A stretch of DNA of 64,000 bases from Macrostomum lignano (taxonomy: Eukaryota). Positions 1 through 22,469 of the stretch are shown one piece after another. The translations under genes and the position numbers were made by a program. How positions within the stretch are numbered: the stretch's first letter is position 1; each line of letters starts with the position of its first letter. The notes under the pieces were generated by a model. The model was not told the DNA's origin, ran no database searches, and was given only the letters and a program-made list of their open reading frames with translations. Location of the stretch: NCBI GenBank assembly GCA_002269645.1, contig NIVC01000338.1, positions 29,171-93,170 of the forward strand. Reading direction: 5' to 3'.

Positions 1-400
1 CATCATTTTCTGATGAGTCATCAATCATTATTTTCTAATGGGTCATCAATCATCATTTTCTAATGGGTCATTAATCATCATTTTCTGATGAGTCATCAAT
101 CATCATTTTGTGATGAGTCATCAATCATCATTTTCTAATGAGTCAACAATCATCAGTTTCTAATGAGTCATAATTCATCATTTTCTAATGGGTCTACAAT
201 CATCAGTTTCTAATAAGCCATCATTCATCATTTTTATAATGAGTCATAATCATCATTTTCTAATGAGTCGTCAATCATCATTTTCTAATGGGTCATCATT
301 CATCATTTTATAATGAGTCTTAATCAATATTTTCTGATCAGCCAACAATCATTATTTTATAAGGAGTCATCATCAATCCTCATCATTCACAAATAAATCA
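1..400. repeat. AT-rich ~25-bp minisatellite (TCATCAATCATCATTTTCTAATGAG)
   Basis: Direct inspection; degenerate copies, truncated by the window start. Confidence 0.9.
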
Positions 401-571
401 GTTACCACAAGCCATTATTAATGATCAAATTCCGACCCAAATTAAAACGACTCCAGCCAGTCGCAAAAGAATTCGCAAAGCAGATCGCCGAGCATTGACT
501 TTGACCAGGAGCTACAAAGCCGGGAAAAAAGGCGGGGGTCAGAAGTTGCCGCCAACACAGCAGCTTGATGA

Positions 572-10866
<10,295 letters not shown>

Positions 10867-13780
10867 TATCCGCGCTGAATGAGGAGCAAAAATTATCTGA
10901 TAAAATCGGTGTTAAAAGTCGCAGTTTACAGTAGCATTGCAAAGATAACACTTATATTGTGCTTATTAATACCACATATTTTTAAAAGTTTTACTAAATA
11001 ATGACAGAAACATTAGTGACGTTAAATTTAGTATACCTATTTTTCAATATTATGTTTTGTTTTATTGCTACGTCGTCTATAGTTTCGTTCGAATAAAAAA
11101 AATCAAAATTATTTCAACTACAATCTCATCGAATGTGAAAAGAAGGGAATCAGGTTTGACAAATGAGGCTTGGCGATCTCTCAGATCCCAAAGCTAGAAG
11201 AAGTATTTAATAACAAAATTAGAATCACAGTACTTGCTTAGGTAAAAAATAAATTAGATAATTACAGTCTAAATTTTGGTACGGGATTGTATGAAGTTCA
11301 AGAAGTGTCACTTGGTCTGATTTAAACAGAATTGTGCCAGTAAAATTAGTTATCTATCCTTAGATAACACGTACAACGCGATCAAGACAAAAGTGTAAAA
11401 ACATGAAGTCTTACTGTGACTGGGTTACTAACTTTATCTTAGCTTGAAAGATGCACCGACGCAGTTCTTAGAACAGTTTTAGTTTTTGCGCCAGCCTATA
11501 GCAATACGGATAATACGTACTATATTTTTTATTGAATGACTGCAACTTTGCAAAACTTGATGCTGAAATAAAAAATCACTTGAAGTCCCACGCCCCAGAA
11601 GTATCCGTATGGCTCTCCAGGTTCTCTGGTTGTACCAACTGTGTCAATATGAGATTTATTCTTGAGCATTTCAAATCAAGTTAATTTAGTTCGAAAAAGA
11701 GTTTTTAGACTAATTTATCTGAAGACTGACAGGTTTAAAATGCAAGCGCGACATAATAATAATAGCTAAATCTCTAAATCTATTTGTCTAGATAGACTTT
11801 AGCTCTATTCATTTTTGTCTGATTACGCTCGTTACTTGCGTTACTTTGTTAATGAATTTCGAAGGCAGAACTTCAAAGGCAAAAGGTAGGAGTACATGTG
11901 AGCTCAGACAGGCTGCTGAAGCGATTACCAATAAGGCCTCAAGGTTATATTAAAGTGGCAGAAGTTATGAATGGAAACACTAAAAGAACTTCTTCATCTC
12001 GGAAATGGGTGAAAACTTATCACCAATTCAGCTTCAGTTGTCATTGACTCAAACCAACCGGCGTGTCAATTCTTTGCTGCGTATAATGCTGTATGATGAA
12101 CACTCGCCACAGATCCTCTCTTATGGAGATCTAGCCAATAACCGCCCTCAGGACGAGGACACAAGTCTGCTCAATGCTTATACTTTCCGCCACACTAGCT
12201 TATTGATTTATTGATTCTGATATCTAATTACTCGTAGTTAAAATTGTGACAGAATATCACACATGGTTATTCATTGAGTGCCAGTAGAATGTCTCGCAAA
12301 ATCGACTTACGGAAGCAAAGCCGAGGCTAAATTTGAGAGGGTAGCATCTTCACCGAATCATTGTCTCTCTACCTGTCTCCGTCTTCTTGTCTTTCTGCTG
12401 TCTTTATTTATGGAGCTCTCATTGCAGAATCTTCAAGTGCCGAAACGTATTTAAAGTCATTATACAGCAACCCTCTGTGCATTTAGATCCTCATTTTAAA
12501 GGATCCACCCACCACTTCATAGCTCACATAGAGTGTACACTGCCTGGAAAGTCAGGCCCGCTGTACATCCTGTTTGAGTGAGTGTACATGTACGAGGGCG
12601 TGCCTGCGTACAGTTTCGTGCCCAGGAGTCAGCGAAATGGCCAGAATTTTCTTTCAGTTTAATTTTTCCAGGAATCGAGGCACACCGACCTACTTCAAGC
12701 AATCCGTGTATTTTATTCTATTGGCAGTGCCCAATCAGCTAAAATGATCCGGGTGATAAATCATAACAAAATATTTATGCAGACTGGTCTGGGCCAGTGG
12801 CTGTTTTTTTAAACAACTGATGGGAATTTTTTACCTGACAGAGTTCTCCACTGTCCTGAAAGACTCTGACACAAGAATATAATGAGCTGATCTGGACAGC
12901 ATGCAGGGTAAGGCAGCATGGGATCTGCGTTCCCCGCGTACGCCCAGCAGTGTACTCACCGCTGCGGCGTACACCAGGGATGAGGCCCGCCTTCATCATC
13001 CACTCGGCGCGTACAGGAGCGGGTCAGGAATAGAAAAGCGGACAGGGGGAGGCTCAGGCTGAGAACCGACTCAACTTCCTCATGCAGCTCCCCATCCCCT
13101 GCACCCTTGGCTAATCTCCATTTGTCTCTCTGCGGGATCTGAGCCCGCTGCACTGATGGATGCGACTTCTCTCCCCCCTCTCCCCCTCTCTCCCCCTTCC
13201 CCTCCACCCCACCCCTCTTTCTCTCCCATCATCCAGCTTCCCAATCGGCCATCAGCAGCAGCGGCAATCGGCAACAATAAACTGTTGGCTCGGCTGCTGC
13301 TCCAGAGAAAACACCAACAAGCTGCAGCTGGGAGGAAAAACAAGTGGCCGTTCCTGCAACCCCCCGTTTTCAGCCTCCTCAGGCCTCTGCTCCAGCAGTT
13401 CCGCAGTCTGCCTGCCTCTCTCTCTCTCTCGCTCTCTAGATTAAAATTGCAGAGGCTCACAAAGACTCAGAGGCAGAGAGAGACTGTGTGTATATGTGCT
13501 ACGAACCTCTAGCTGACCTCGGCGGGACCAATATTCACCAGCAATGGCCGCTGATGTAAGTACCGCGATAGACTTTTTATTGTTTTGTAAAAATAATTAG
13601 TTAAACAAACAAGTGAACCCACGTCGGGCAAAACACTTGCAATTGCTCTTTCTTAAGATTCTGAAGTTCAGCAGGTAATATATTGTCAATTTAGTGTTCA
13701 AAACTGCAAACCGATTAACTTGCAAATGCATCTGGCAGGCGTCCGATATTCGCCTACCAAACATTTGGGTTGTGGTTACA

Positions 13781-13965
13781 GTTATAGTTTAGGTTAGGGT
13801 TTTAGGTCAGGGTTTAGGTTAGGGTTTAGATTAGAGTTTTAGGTCAGGGTTTCGGTCAGGGTTTAGATAAGGGTTTAGGTTAGGGTTTAGTTTAAGGTTT
13901 AGATTAGGGTTTAGTTTAGGGTTTATGTTAGGGTTTAGGTTAAGGTTTAGCTTAAGGTTTTTGCT
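13781..13965 (+). repeat. Interstitial telomere-like array (TTTAGGTTAGGG variants)
   Basis: ~12-bp unit containing TTAGGG, degenerate. Confidence 0.8.
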
Positions 13966-14262
13966 CAGTTTGCGATCTTTCTTTTCCAAAATCAGCTGTC
14001 CCGTGAGTTTCAGCTGGCAATTAAATGTTTTTAATGGATAGTTACGAGCTAAAAACTTGCAGGCAAAATTTTTTTTTAATTTTCAACGGGGACGCTTGAG
14101 ACTCTAAAATATTGTCTATTTAGCGCCCCAGAAATTCTGCTTGAGCAATGCAAACAGAAGCAAATTCATAATTTATGCAATAAAAAGACTAAAAGCTTAG
14201 AATCCCATCAGGAATTCCTCCCTCATCGCTTCCAGCCTCTCAAACCGGAGGATGACTGCGAC

Positions 14263-17200
14263 ATGGCGACCACACTGGAGGAGCCTTTTAGTGCGTGAGA
14301 CCGTTCTGAAACAGTTTCTGCCGAAAAAAGATGAATTATGATTTCTGATCCTGCTGCGGCCAGCTGGTGCAGCCGGATTGAAAAATATTTTATGATTATC
14401 AGGAGATGAAAATGAGTTAAAAGAATTAAGATGAGGGAATTAAGACAAAGCTGGCCTAGTGCCAACTGTAGCTCGGGTCCCATCAACACAAATACCGACA
14501 CCTTCCAAATCCAGGTACCCAAACAACCATTCAGATACCCAAGCACTAATACAGGCACCCAAACACCCATCCAGGTACCCAAACACGCATCCAGGCACCC
14601 AAAAACCCATCCAGGCACCCAAACACCCACCCAGGTACCGAAAAATACCCACTCAGGTGCCCAAACACCTATCCAGGTAACCAAAACATCCATCTAGGTA
14701 CCCAAACACCCATCCAGGTACCCAAACACCCATCCAGGTACCAAAAAACTCACCCGCAGTGTCCAAAGGCGAGCTCGCCCTGCACGAGGCGGCCCGCACA
14801 GGCAAGGAGGCCCGTCTGGAGGAGCTGCTGACGATCGTGAAGGTGGACTGTCGCAACAACCTGAACCGCACAGCGCTGCACATGGCGGCCAGCAAGGGCC
14901 AGACGGGGGCTGTCCGAGTCCTGCTCGAATACAAGGCCGGCATCGAGCTGGCCGACAAGTACGGCATGACCGCCTTGATGTGGGCGACCTACTTCGGCCA
15001 CATCGAAGTTGTAGAACTGCTGCTGGAACGGTCGGCCAGCGTCAAGAAACGAAACAAGCTCGGCATGCACGCGCTGCACATCGCGGCCGACCAGAACAAC
15101 TGCGAGCTGGTGCGGCTATACCTCACCAAGACTAAGAAGAGCATCCTGAATGACACCGAGAAGGTGACAGTGGAGTTGCTTTAAATATCGACTGTAATGT
15201 TTAGACATTGATTTCAATATTATCGCTCCTTTCTGTAGAACGGCCAGACGGCTCTGATGATTGCGGCTGGAAAAGGCAACATTGAGGTTGTGCAACTGCT
15301 GCTGAGCTATCCGGAGGTTGATCTGATGGTCAAGGACGCTGTGAGTTTCTGCATCGTTGCAGGCTCTCCAATCAGGAAGACACTTGTAACGCTAGTCGTA
15401 ACGCATTGACAAAGGGGTGGGAGTGAGTATGGACTGGGAGTAGGGAGGGGCAGGGAGTGAGGAGGGGCAGGGAGTGAGGAGGGGCAGGGAGTGAGGAGGC
15501 GCAGGGAGTGAGGAGGGGCAGGGAGTGAGGAGGGGCAGGGAGTGAGGAGGGGCAGGGAGTGAGGAGGGCAGGGAGTGAGGAGGGGCAGGGAGTGAGGAGG
15601 GGCAGGGAGTGAGGAGGGGCAGGGAGTGAGGAGGGGCAGGGAGTGAGGAGGGGCAGGGAGTGAGGAGGGGCAGGGAGTGAGGAGGGGCTGGGAGTGAGGA
15701 GGGGCAGGGAGTGAGGAGGGGCAGGGAGTGAGGAGGGGCAGGGAGTGAGGAGGGGCAGGGAGTGAGGAGGGGCAGGGAGTGAGGAGGGGCAGGGAGTGAG
15801 GAGGGGCAGGGAGTGAGGAGGGGCAGGGAGTGAGGAGGGGCAGGGAGTGAGGAGGGGCAGGGAGTGAGGAGGGGCAGGGAGTGAGGAGGGCAGGGAGTGA
15901 GGAGGGGCAGGGAGTGAGGAGGGGCAGGGAGTGAGGAGGGGCAGGGAGTGAGGAGGGGCAGGGAGTGAGGAGGGGCAGGGAGTGAGGAGGGGCAGGGAGT
16001 GAGGAGGGGCAGGGAGTGAGGAGGGGCAGGGAGTGAGGAGGGGCAGGGAGTGAGGAGGGGCAGGGAGTGAGGAGGGGCAGGGAGTGAGGAGGGGCAGGGA
16101 GTGAGGAGGGGCAGGGAGTGAGGAGGGGCAGGGAGTGAGGAGGGCAGGGAGTGAGGAGGGGCAGGGAGTGAGGAGGGCAGGGAGTGAGGAGGGGCAGGGA
16201 GTGAGGAGGGGTAGGGAGTGAGGTGGGTATGAAATAATAACTACCCAATAAATAACAATCGCTCCAGAAAAAGATGACGGCACTGCATCTGGCAGCGGAG
16301 AACGGATGCGCCAAGGTGCTAGAAGAGCTGCTCCGGGAGGTGTACAAGCTGCGGGACCTGGTGAACGAGAAGGACGAAAGTGAGCGAATCCCGCTGCACT
16401 ACGCGGTTGAAAAGGGCCACATCGGGGCGATCCGCTGCCTGCTGACCCACGGCAGCGAGGTGAACGCCACCGCTGAGGTAGGGAAGCCTTTCATAGCCCA
16501 ATCTGAGTTATTTTATTGATACAACTCCACCTTCAGAGTGAATAAATTTCAGCGCGAAATGACGGCTTTCCACCTGGCCGCTGTCAAGGGTCACATGGAC
16601 GTGCTCAAATACCTCAAAGAGCACGGCGCCAACGTGAACGCTCTGAACCTTGTGAGTTCTAACTCGCTTTCTGAAAATAATCTTTTATAAAAATCAGAAG
16701 CTGATACAGTAATAACGGTATGACTGAGTCTCAGCCGCAACACAGGAATGAGGCTGAGGTGAAGAATTAGTACTGTCCAATTCATTCCTATGGCCACTGA
16801 TAATGATACTGATTTTGTAGTGATTTCCCCTCTCCCTCTCTCCCCTTCTCTTTCTTCCCTCTGCCTCTCTACACCTCCCTTTCTCTCCTCTCCCTCTCTC
16901 CCCTTCTCTTTCTTCCCTCTGCCTATCTACCCCCCCCCTTTCTCTCCTCTCCCTGTCTTATCCCATCCCTTTCTCCCCAGTCTCCCTCTCTACCCCCTCT
17001 CCATCTCTCCCTCTCTCTTCCTCTTTCTCCCTCTCTCTCCCTCTCTTCCTCTCCCTCTCTCTCTCTCTCTCTTCCTCTCTCCCTCTCTCTCCTCTCTCTC
17101 CCTCTCTTCCTCTCCCTCTCTCTCCCTCTCTTCCTCTCCCTCTCTCTCCCTCTCTCTCCCTCTCTCTCCTCTCTCCCTCTCTCTCCCTCTCTTCCTCTCC

Positions 17201-20200
17201 CTCTCTCTCCCTCTCTTCCTCTCCCTCTCTCTCCCTCTCTTCCTCTCCCTCTCTCTCCCTCTCTCTCCCTCTCTCTCCCTCTCTCTCCCTCTCTTCCTCT
17301 CCCTCTCTCCCTCTCTCTCCTCTCTCTCCCTCTCTTCCTCTCCCTCTCTCTCCCTCTCTTCCTCTCCCTCTCTCTCCCTCTCTTCCTCTCCCTCTCTCTC
17401 CCTCTCTTCCTCTCCCTCTCTCCCTCTCTCTCCCTCTCTCTCCCTCTCTTCCTCTCCCTCTCTCTCCCTCTCTTCTCTCTTCCTCTCCCTCTCTCTCCCT
17501 CTCTCTCCCTCTCTCCCTCTCTCGAAGTGGTCGCCCAGCCAGACTCTCCGCCTCATCCCTGAAATCCCCAGACGCACAGCACTGCTCTGCACTACGCCGC
17601 TCTAAACGACAGCGCGGAGCAAATCTTCACCTTGGTGAGCCTGGGCTGCGAGACCTCCCTGCCCAACAACGTGAGCACACCGATTGCAGTCGCAAATTTC
17701 AGTTTAATAAAAGAATCATCAAAGCCCAGGCAAGCTCAGCCGTGCTTTAATCCCGACCCGCTCTCGTCTCCAGCGCAACCAGACTCCGCTTCATCTGGCC
17801 GTGGAGCAGAACAAGCCGAATGCTGCTGAGGCGCTGCTGTTGTGCGACGCCCCATCAACGTGCGAGACAAGGTGAGCCGCTGCCCCCCCCCCATGACTGC
17901 GGCGCTCCGGCAAGCCGGCAGTTAAAACTTATTCCTACAAGAGCGCTGTTGTAAAAGTGCACAGTCTACTTCAGATTTTAATCTGCCATAAATCATATTG
18001 GCAACACTAAGAATATAACAGAATAGAATAGAATAGAATAGAATAGAATAGAATAGAATAGAATAGAATAGAATAGAATAGAATAGAATAGAATAGAATA
18101 GAATAGAATAGAATAGAATAGAATAGAATAGAATAGAATAGAATAGAATAGAATAGAATAGAATAGAATAGAATAGAATAGAATAGAATAGAATAGAATA
18201 GAATAGAATAGAATAGAATAGAATAGAATAGAATAGAATAGAATAGAATAGAATAGAATAGAATAGAATAGAATAGAATAGAATAGAATAGAATAGAATA
18301 GAATAGAATAGAATAGAATAGAATAGAATAGAATAGAATAGAATAGAATAGAATAGAATAGAATAGAATAGAATAGAATAGAATAGAGACTAGAATAGCT
18401 AGTCAGCTAGTTTGGTAGCCGTTCCGTCTAAAATTTTTATTTTTTATTTTTTTAGTCAAGGCCTGCAGCCTGCAACAACCAATCAACAGCGAGTGACCTT
18501 GAGTATTGTTCAGTACGCATTCCCACCAATAATCCCACCAACATTCCAGACCGGGAAAACCCCCCTCATCCTGGCCACGAGAGGCAGCTACATCAGCATG
18601 GTGGACATGATTATCAAGGCCGAGAGATACAGGGAGAGGAAAAAGGTCAGAAGCTGACGGGAGTTGCATAATTATCGCTTTACTTTCTAAAAGTACATTT
18701 TGCTCACCGCTTGGGTTGGCCGACTGCTTTCAAAAAACAAATAATTACTTCTCGCCTACTAACTCTTCTCTAGCTAAAATCTTAAAACCCGTCTTTTAGA
18801 CAAGAACAGCTTTGCTGCATAAGCTTAGAGCAAATCGGGTAAGCCGAACCCCCTCACTTGGAGGAGTTGTGAATCAGTTAATACGAGGGAAGGTATTCGC
18901 ATGACTCTCGCATATTATTGCACGAATACATTTTTGTGGTTTAGTCACATCCATGTGACTGGCTACGGTTCGTTTTCTGCCAATCACTGACCAAGCTTAT
19001 AATAGGATCTAGAAGAACGTAACATTCAACCTCTGTTCCGAGAGGCATTAGCATGATTTTCGAGTGACCTTGGAGGGAATTCCCAACTTGCACCCACCTC
19101 CCTGCTTCACTGTACAAGAAAGGATGGAAACAACAAGACATGCACGAGAGTGGCCTTGGGAATCCCCGACCGTCTCCACCGACAGTCAAAACAAATTAAT
19201 TTGCGCCATTGGCTCAGAGTCGTCACGTGACTGCAGGGAACTCCGGAGGGGCGACAAAAGCACAAGGAAGAAGCACAAAAGAACTGCACTGTAGCATTTT
19301 GCCCATCTCCCTAGTGTATCAAGGATCAATGATACGAGCTACATTCCAGGGTGTTACGTTCTTCTAATAAACAAAGTGCTTCAAGTGTGGTTTCTTGCTT
19401 ATTACGTCTCGTCATAGCTTTTAGTGAAAAGCTTTTTACAACTCGATTTAGACCACCAGTAAAGCCGCATAACAGTAAGGCAGAGGTTCAACACACCGAC
19501 ACCATCGTGTGTCTCTGCTTCGAGCTTATAGCTTAGAGCGCAACCGCACCATTCATTCAAGTTCGACTATCAACCCTTGAGGTTTGGACACTTCATGCGA
19601 CTCCCCGCAGCCTCGAAGGTGCTTTTTAGTAGTTGTTATAGAATCCTTTTTACTCACGTTGTTAAATAAAGTTTGAAATATTAAGATAGATTTTGTTTAA
19701 ATCATTATAACAATCGCTTATGCTCAGTATCCCACTCCCTGTTAGGCAAGTCGCTGAAAATTTTGCTTTCAATTTTCAAAGTTCCTGTAACTTTTGGTTT
19801 GTTGGTAAATATAACTGTGAGCATGCTCAACTAGTTTGCTTCAGTTTAGCTCGTAGTTTGTAATGGGGTGAAGGCTGCCATGGTCTATTTTACATTTCTG
19901 ACTTAGGATTTCGCAGAGTTCGTATTATATAATAATTACGCAATCAAAAGATATAATAAAAATTAGTTAATTCTATTCGATAAAATTTTATTCCACTCAG
20001 GACGCTTGTTTTTTAAATAAATGTATATAACTCTGCAAAGCCTACTTGCATAGGTTAGTGAGTAGTATGATGCATTATGTAAGCACTTTTAACGTTTTTA
20101 TTTACTTTGTAAGGGACGTGTATAAAATTGAATGAGTGAGGGGTATTGGAGCTGGGGTATTGGAACTGGGGTATTGGAGCTGGGGTATTGGAGCTGGGGT

Positions 20201-22289
20201 ATTGGAACTGGGGTTTTGGAGCTGGGGTATTGGAGCTGGAGTATTGGAGCTGGGGTATTGGAGCTGGGGTATTGGAGCTGGGGTATTGGAACTGGGGTTT
20301 TGGAGCTGGAGTATTGGAGCTGGGGTATTGGAGCTGGAGTATTGGAGCTGGAGTATTGGAGCGGGGGTATTGGAGCTGGAGTATTGGAGCTGGGGTATTG
20401 GAGCTGGGTATTGGAGCGGGGGTATTGGAGCTGGAGTATTGGAGCTGAGGTATTGGAGCGGGGGTATTGGAGCTGGAGTATTGGAGCTGGGGTATTGGAG
20501 CGGGGGTATTGGAGCTGGAGTATTGGAGCTGGGGTATTGGAGCTGGGGTATTAGAGCTAATGTCATTGAAGAAATGTTTGAGTTAATCTAATTGAAATGC
20601 TCAATAAAAATGAAATTAGTTCGAAACCCTTGACCCCTCAGCGTCAGCAGAGCGGCGAGGCCAAGCACCCGACGGCGCTGGTGGACCAGCTGGACTCCGA
20701 TGGCGCGGTGTACAAGCCGGCAGACTACGAGAACCGCATCAACATCAACGAGCCCACTGAGGAGGAGCTGGAGCAGGAGATCTCCGCTGATGACGCGATG
20801 CACAACGGCACCGTGCCGACCTACCGGTTGCGGGAGTTTCAGCAGCCTTACGCCGAGGAGTTCAAGCAGTACCTGTGGAAGCTGGCCTTCAAGCACCTGC
20901 GCCAGAACGAGTGGAAAAAACTGGCTGCGTTCTGGCAATTCAAGACGGAGCACGTGGAGGCCATCGAGCATCAGTACACTGGTGGGCTGAGCAAGGATGT
21001 TGGGACAGGGGGCTGATCAAGGATGTTGGGACAGGGGGCTGATCAAAGATGTTAGGACAGGGGGCTGATCAAGAATGTTAGGACAGGGGGCTGATCAAAG
21101 ATGTTGGGACAGGGGGCTGATCAAAGATGTTAGGACAGGGGACTGATCAAGGATGTTGGGACAGGGACTGATCAAGGATGTTGGGACAGGGAGCTGATCA
21201 AGGATGTTGGGACAGGGGGCTGATCAAGAATGTTGGGACAGGGGGCTGATCAAAGATGTTAGGACAGGGGCCTGATCAAGGATGTTAGGACAGGGGGCTG
21301 ATCAAGGATGTTGGGACAGGGGGCGATCAAGGATGTTGGGACAGGGGGCTGATCAAGGATGTTGGGACAGGGGGCTGATCAAGGATGTTAGGACAGGGGG
21401 CTGATCAAGGATGTTGGGATAGGGGGCTGATCAAGGATGTTGGGACAGGGACTGATCAAGGATGTTGGGACAGGGGGCTGATCAAGGATGTTGGGACAGG
21501 GGGCTGATCAAGGATGTTGGGACAGGGGGCTGATCAAGAATGTTGGGACAGGGGGCTGATCAAGGATGTTGGGACAGGGGCCTGATCAAGAATGTTGGGA
21601 TAGGGGCCTGATCAAGCATGTTGGGACAGGGGACTGATCAAGGATGTTGGGACAGGGACTGATCAAGGATGTTGGGACAGGGGGCTGATCAAGGATGTTG
21701 GGACAGGGACTGATCAAGGATGTTGGGACAGGGGGCTGATCAAGGATGTTGGGACAGGGGGCTGATCAAGGTTGTTGGGACAGGCGGTTGATCAAAGATG
21801 TTGGGACAGGGGACTGATCAATGATGTTGGGACAGGGGGCTGATCAAGGATGTTGGTACAGGGGGCTGAGCAAGGATGTTGGGACAGGGGGTTGATCAAG
21901 GATGTTGGGACAGGGGGCTGATCAAGGATGTTGGGACAGGGGGCTGAGCAAGGATGTTGGGACAGGGAGGGTTGATCAAGGATTTTGGGACATGGGGCTG
22001 ATCAAGGATTTTCATTCAAATAATATTAACGCATTAGTTTACCCTCGCCCATAATCCACCAGACGAGAGCAGCTACAAGCAGCACGGTTACCGAGTGCTG
22101 TGCATCTGGTTCCACGGCGTGGACCGGCAGGACACGCCCATCCGGGAGCTCTACGAAGCCCTGGCCAGCATCGGCAGGCGGCCTCTGGCCGAAAAGGTCC
22201 GCCGCCAGCTGGATCGCAGCGCCGTCCAGGCCTACCCCGGCGCCGGGAGGGGCGCGGCAGGTGACGTCCGGCGCTGCTCTTTGCAGTGA
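14263..22289 (+). CDS. ANKDD1: Ankyrin repeat and death domain-containing protein, ANKDD1-like (~567 aa; one 1-nt frameshift at 17850-17853)
   Basis: Exons: 14263-14290 (tentative first exon), 14760-15163, 15239-15340, 16268-16477, 16553-16651, 17572-17670, 17774-17871 (98 nt, 99 expected), 18550-18645, 20642-20981, 22063-22289. Serial ankyrin repeats (TALH/TPLH motifs, phase-0 ~99-nt exons), then GKTPLILATRGSYISMVDMIIKAERY, and a C-terminal death domain (LWKLAFKHLRQNEWKKLAAFWQFKTEHVEAIEHQY..SYKQHGYRVLCIWFHG..LYEALASIGRRPLAEKV) typical of ANKDD1A/B. Confidence 0.85.
14480..14745. repeat. ~20-bp minisatellite (CCATCCAGGTACCCAAACAC)
   Basis: Ends about 15 nt before the 14759 acceptor. Confidence 0.9.
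15420..16220. repeat. 17-bp G-rich minisatellite (GGGGCAGGGAGTGAGGA)
   Basis: Direct inspection; ANKDD1 intron. Confidence 0.97.
16825..17522. repeat. CT-rich polypyrimidine low-complexity tract
   Basis: Direct inspection. Confidence 0.92.
18020..18387. repeat. (ATAGA)n pentanucleotide microsatellite
   Basis: Perfect run of about 70 copies. Confidence 0.98.
20138..20553. repeat. 14-bp minisatellite (GGGGTATTGGAGCT)
   Basis: Direct inspection. Confidence 0.95.
20981..22010. repeat. 26-bp minisatellite x ~39 starting at the splice donor (GGGGGCTGATCAAGGATGTTGGGACA)
   Basis: The first unit is G|GTGGGCTGAGCAAGGATGTTGGGACA at the 20981/20982 junction. Confidence 0.95.
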
Positions 22290-22469
22290 CGTCATAGCGT
22301 CCACGACTCGGTTTCTTATTGGCTGAGAGACTGTGACCAATCATATTTAAGCTACCAGCACATTTCAACAGCCAATCAGCAACGAATTGAATACTCGATG
22401 AAGTTGACTGTCTCTAATTGGCTGGGAAGTCTCTGAACCAATCGGGTTTCGGATTGTGGCGTGACGTCA
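22287..22469. promoter_or_regulatory. Cluster of 5 CCAAT boxes and 2 CRE sites at the ANKDD1 stop codon
   Basis: TGACGTCA at 22287 and 22462; CCAAT/ATTGG at 22318, 22337, 22372, 22417 and 22438. Confidence 0.35.

Noticed and set aside
13781-13965. True telomere or chromosome end
   Set aside because: Short, degenerate and flanked by genes on both sides.
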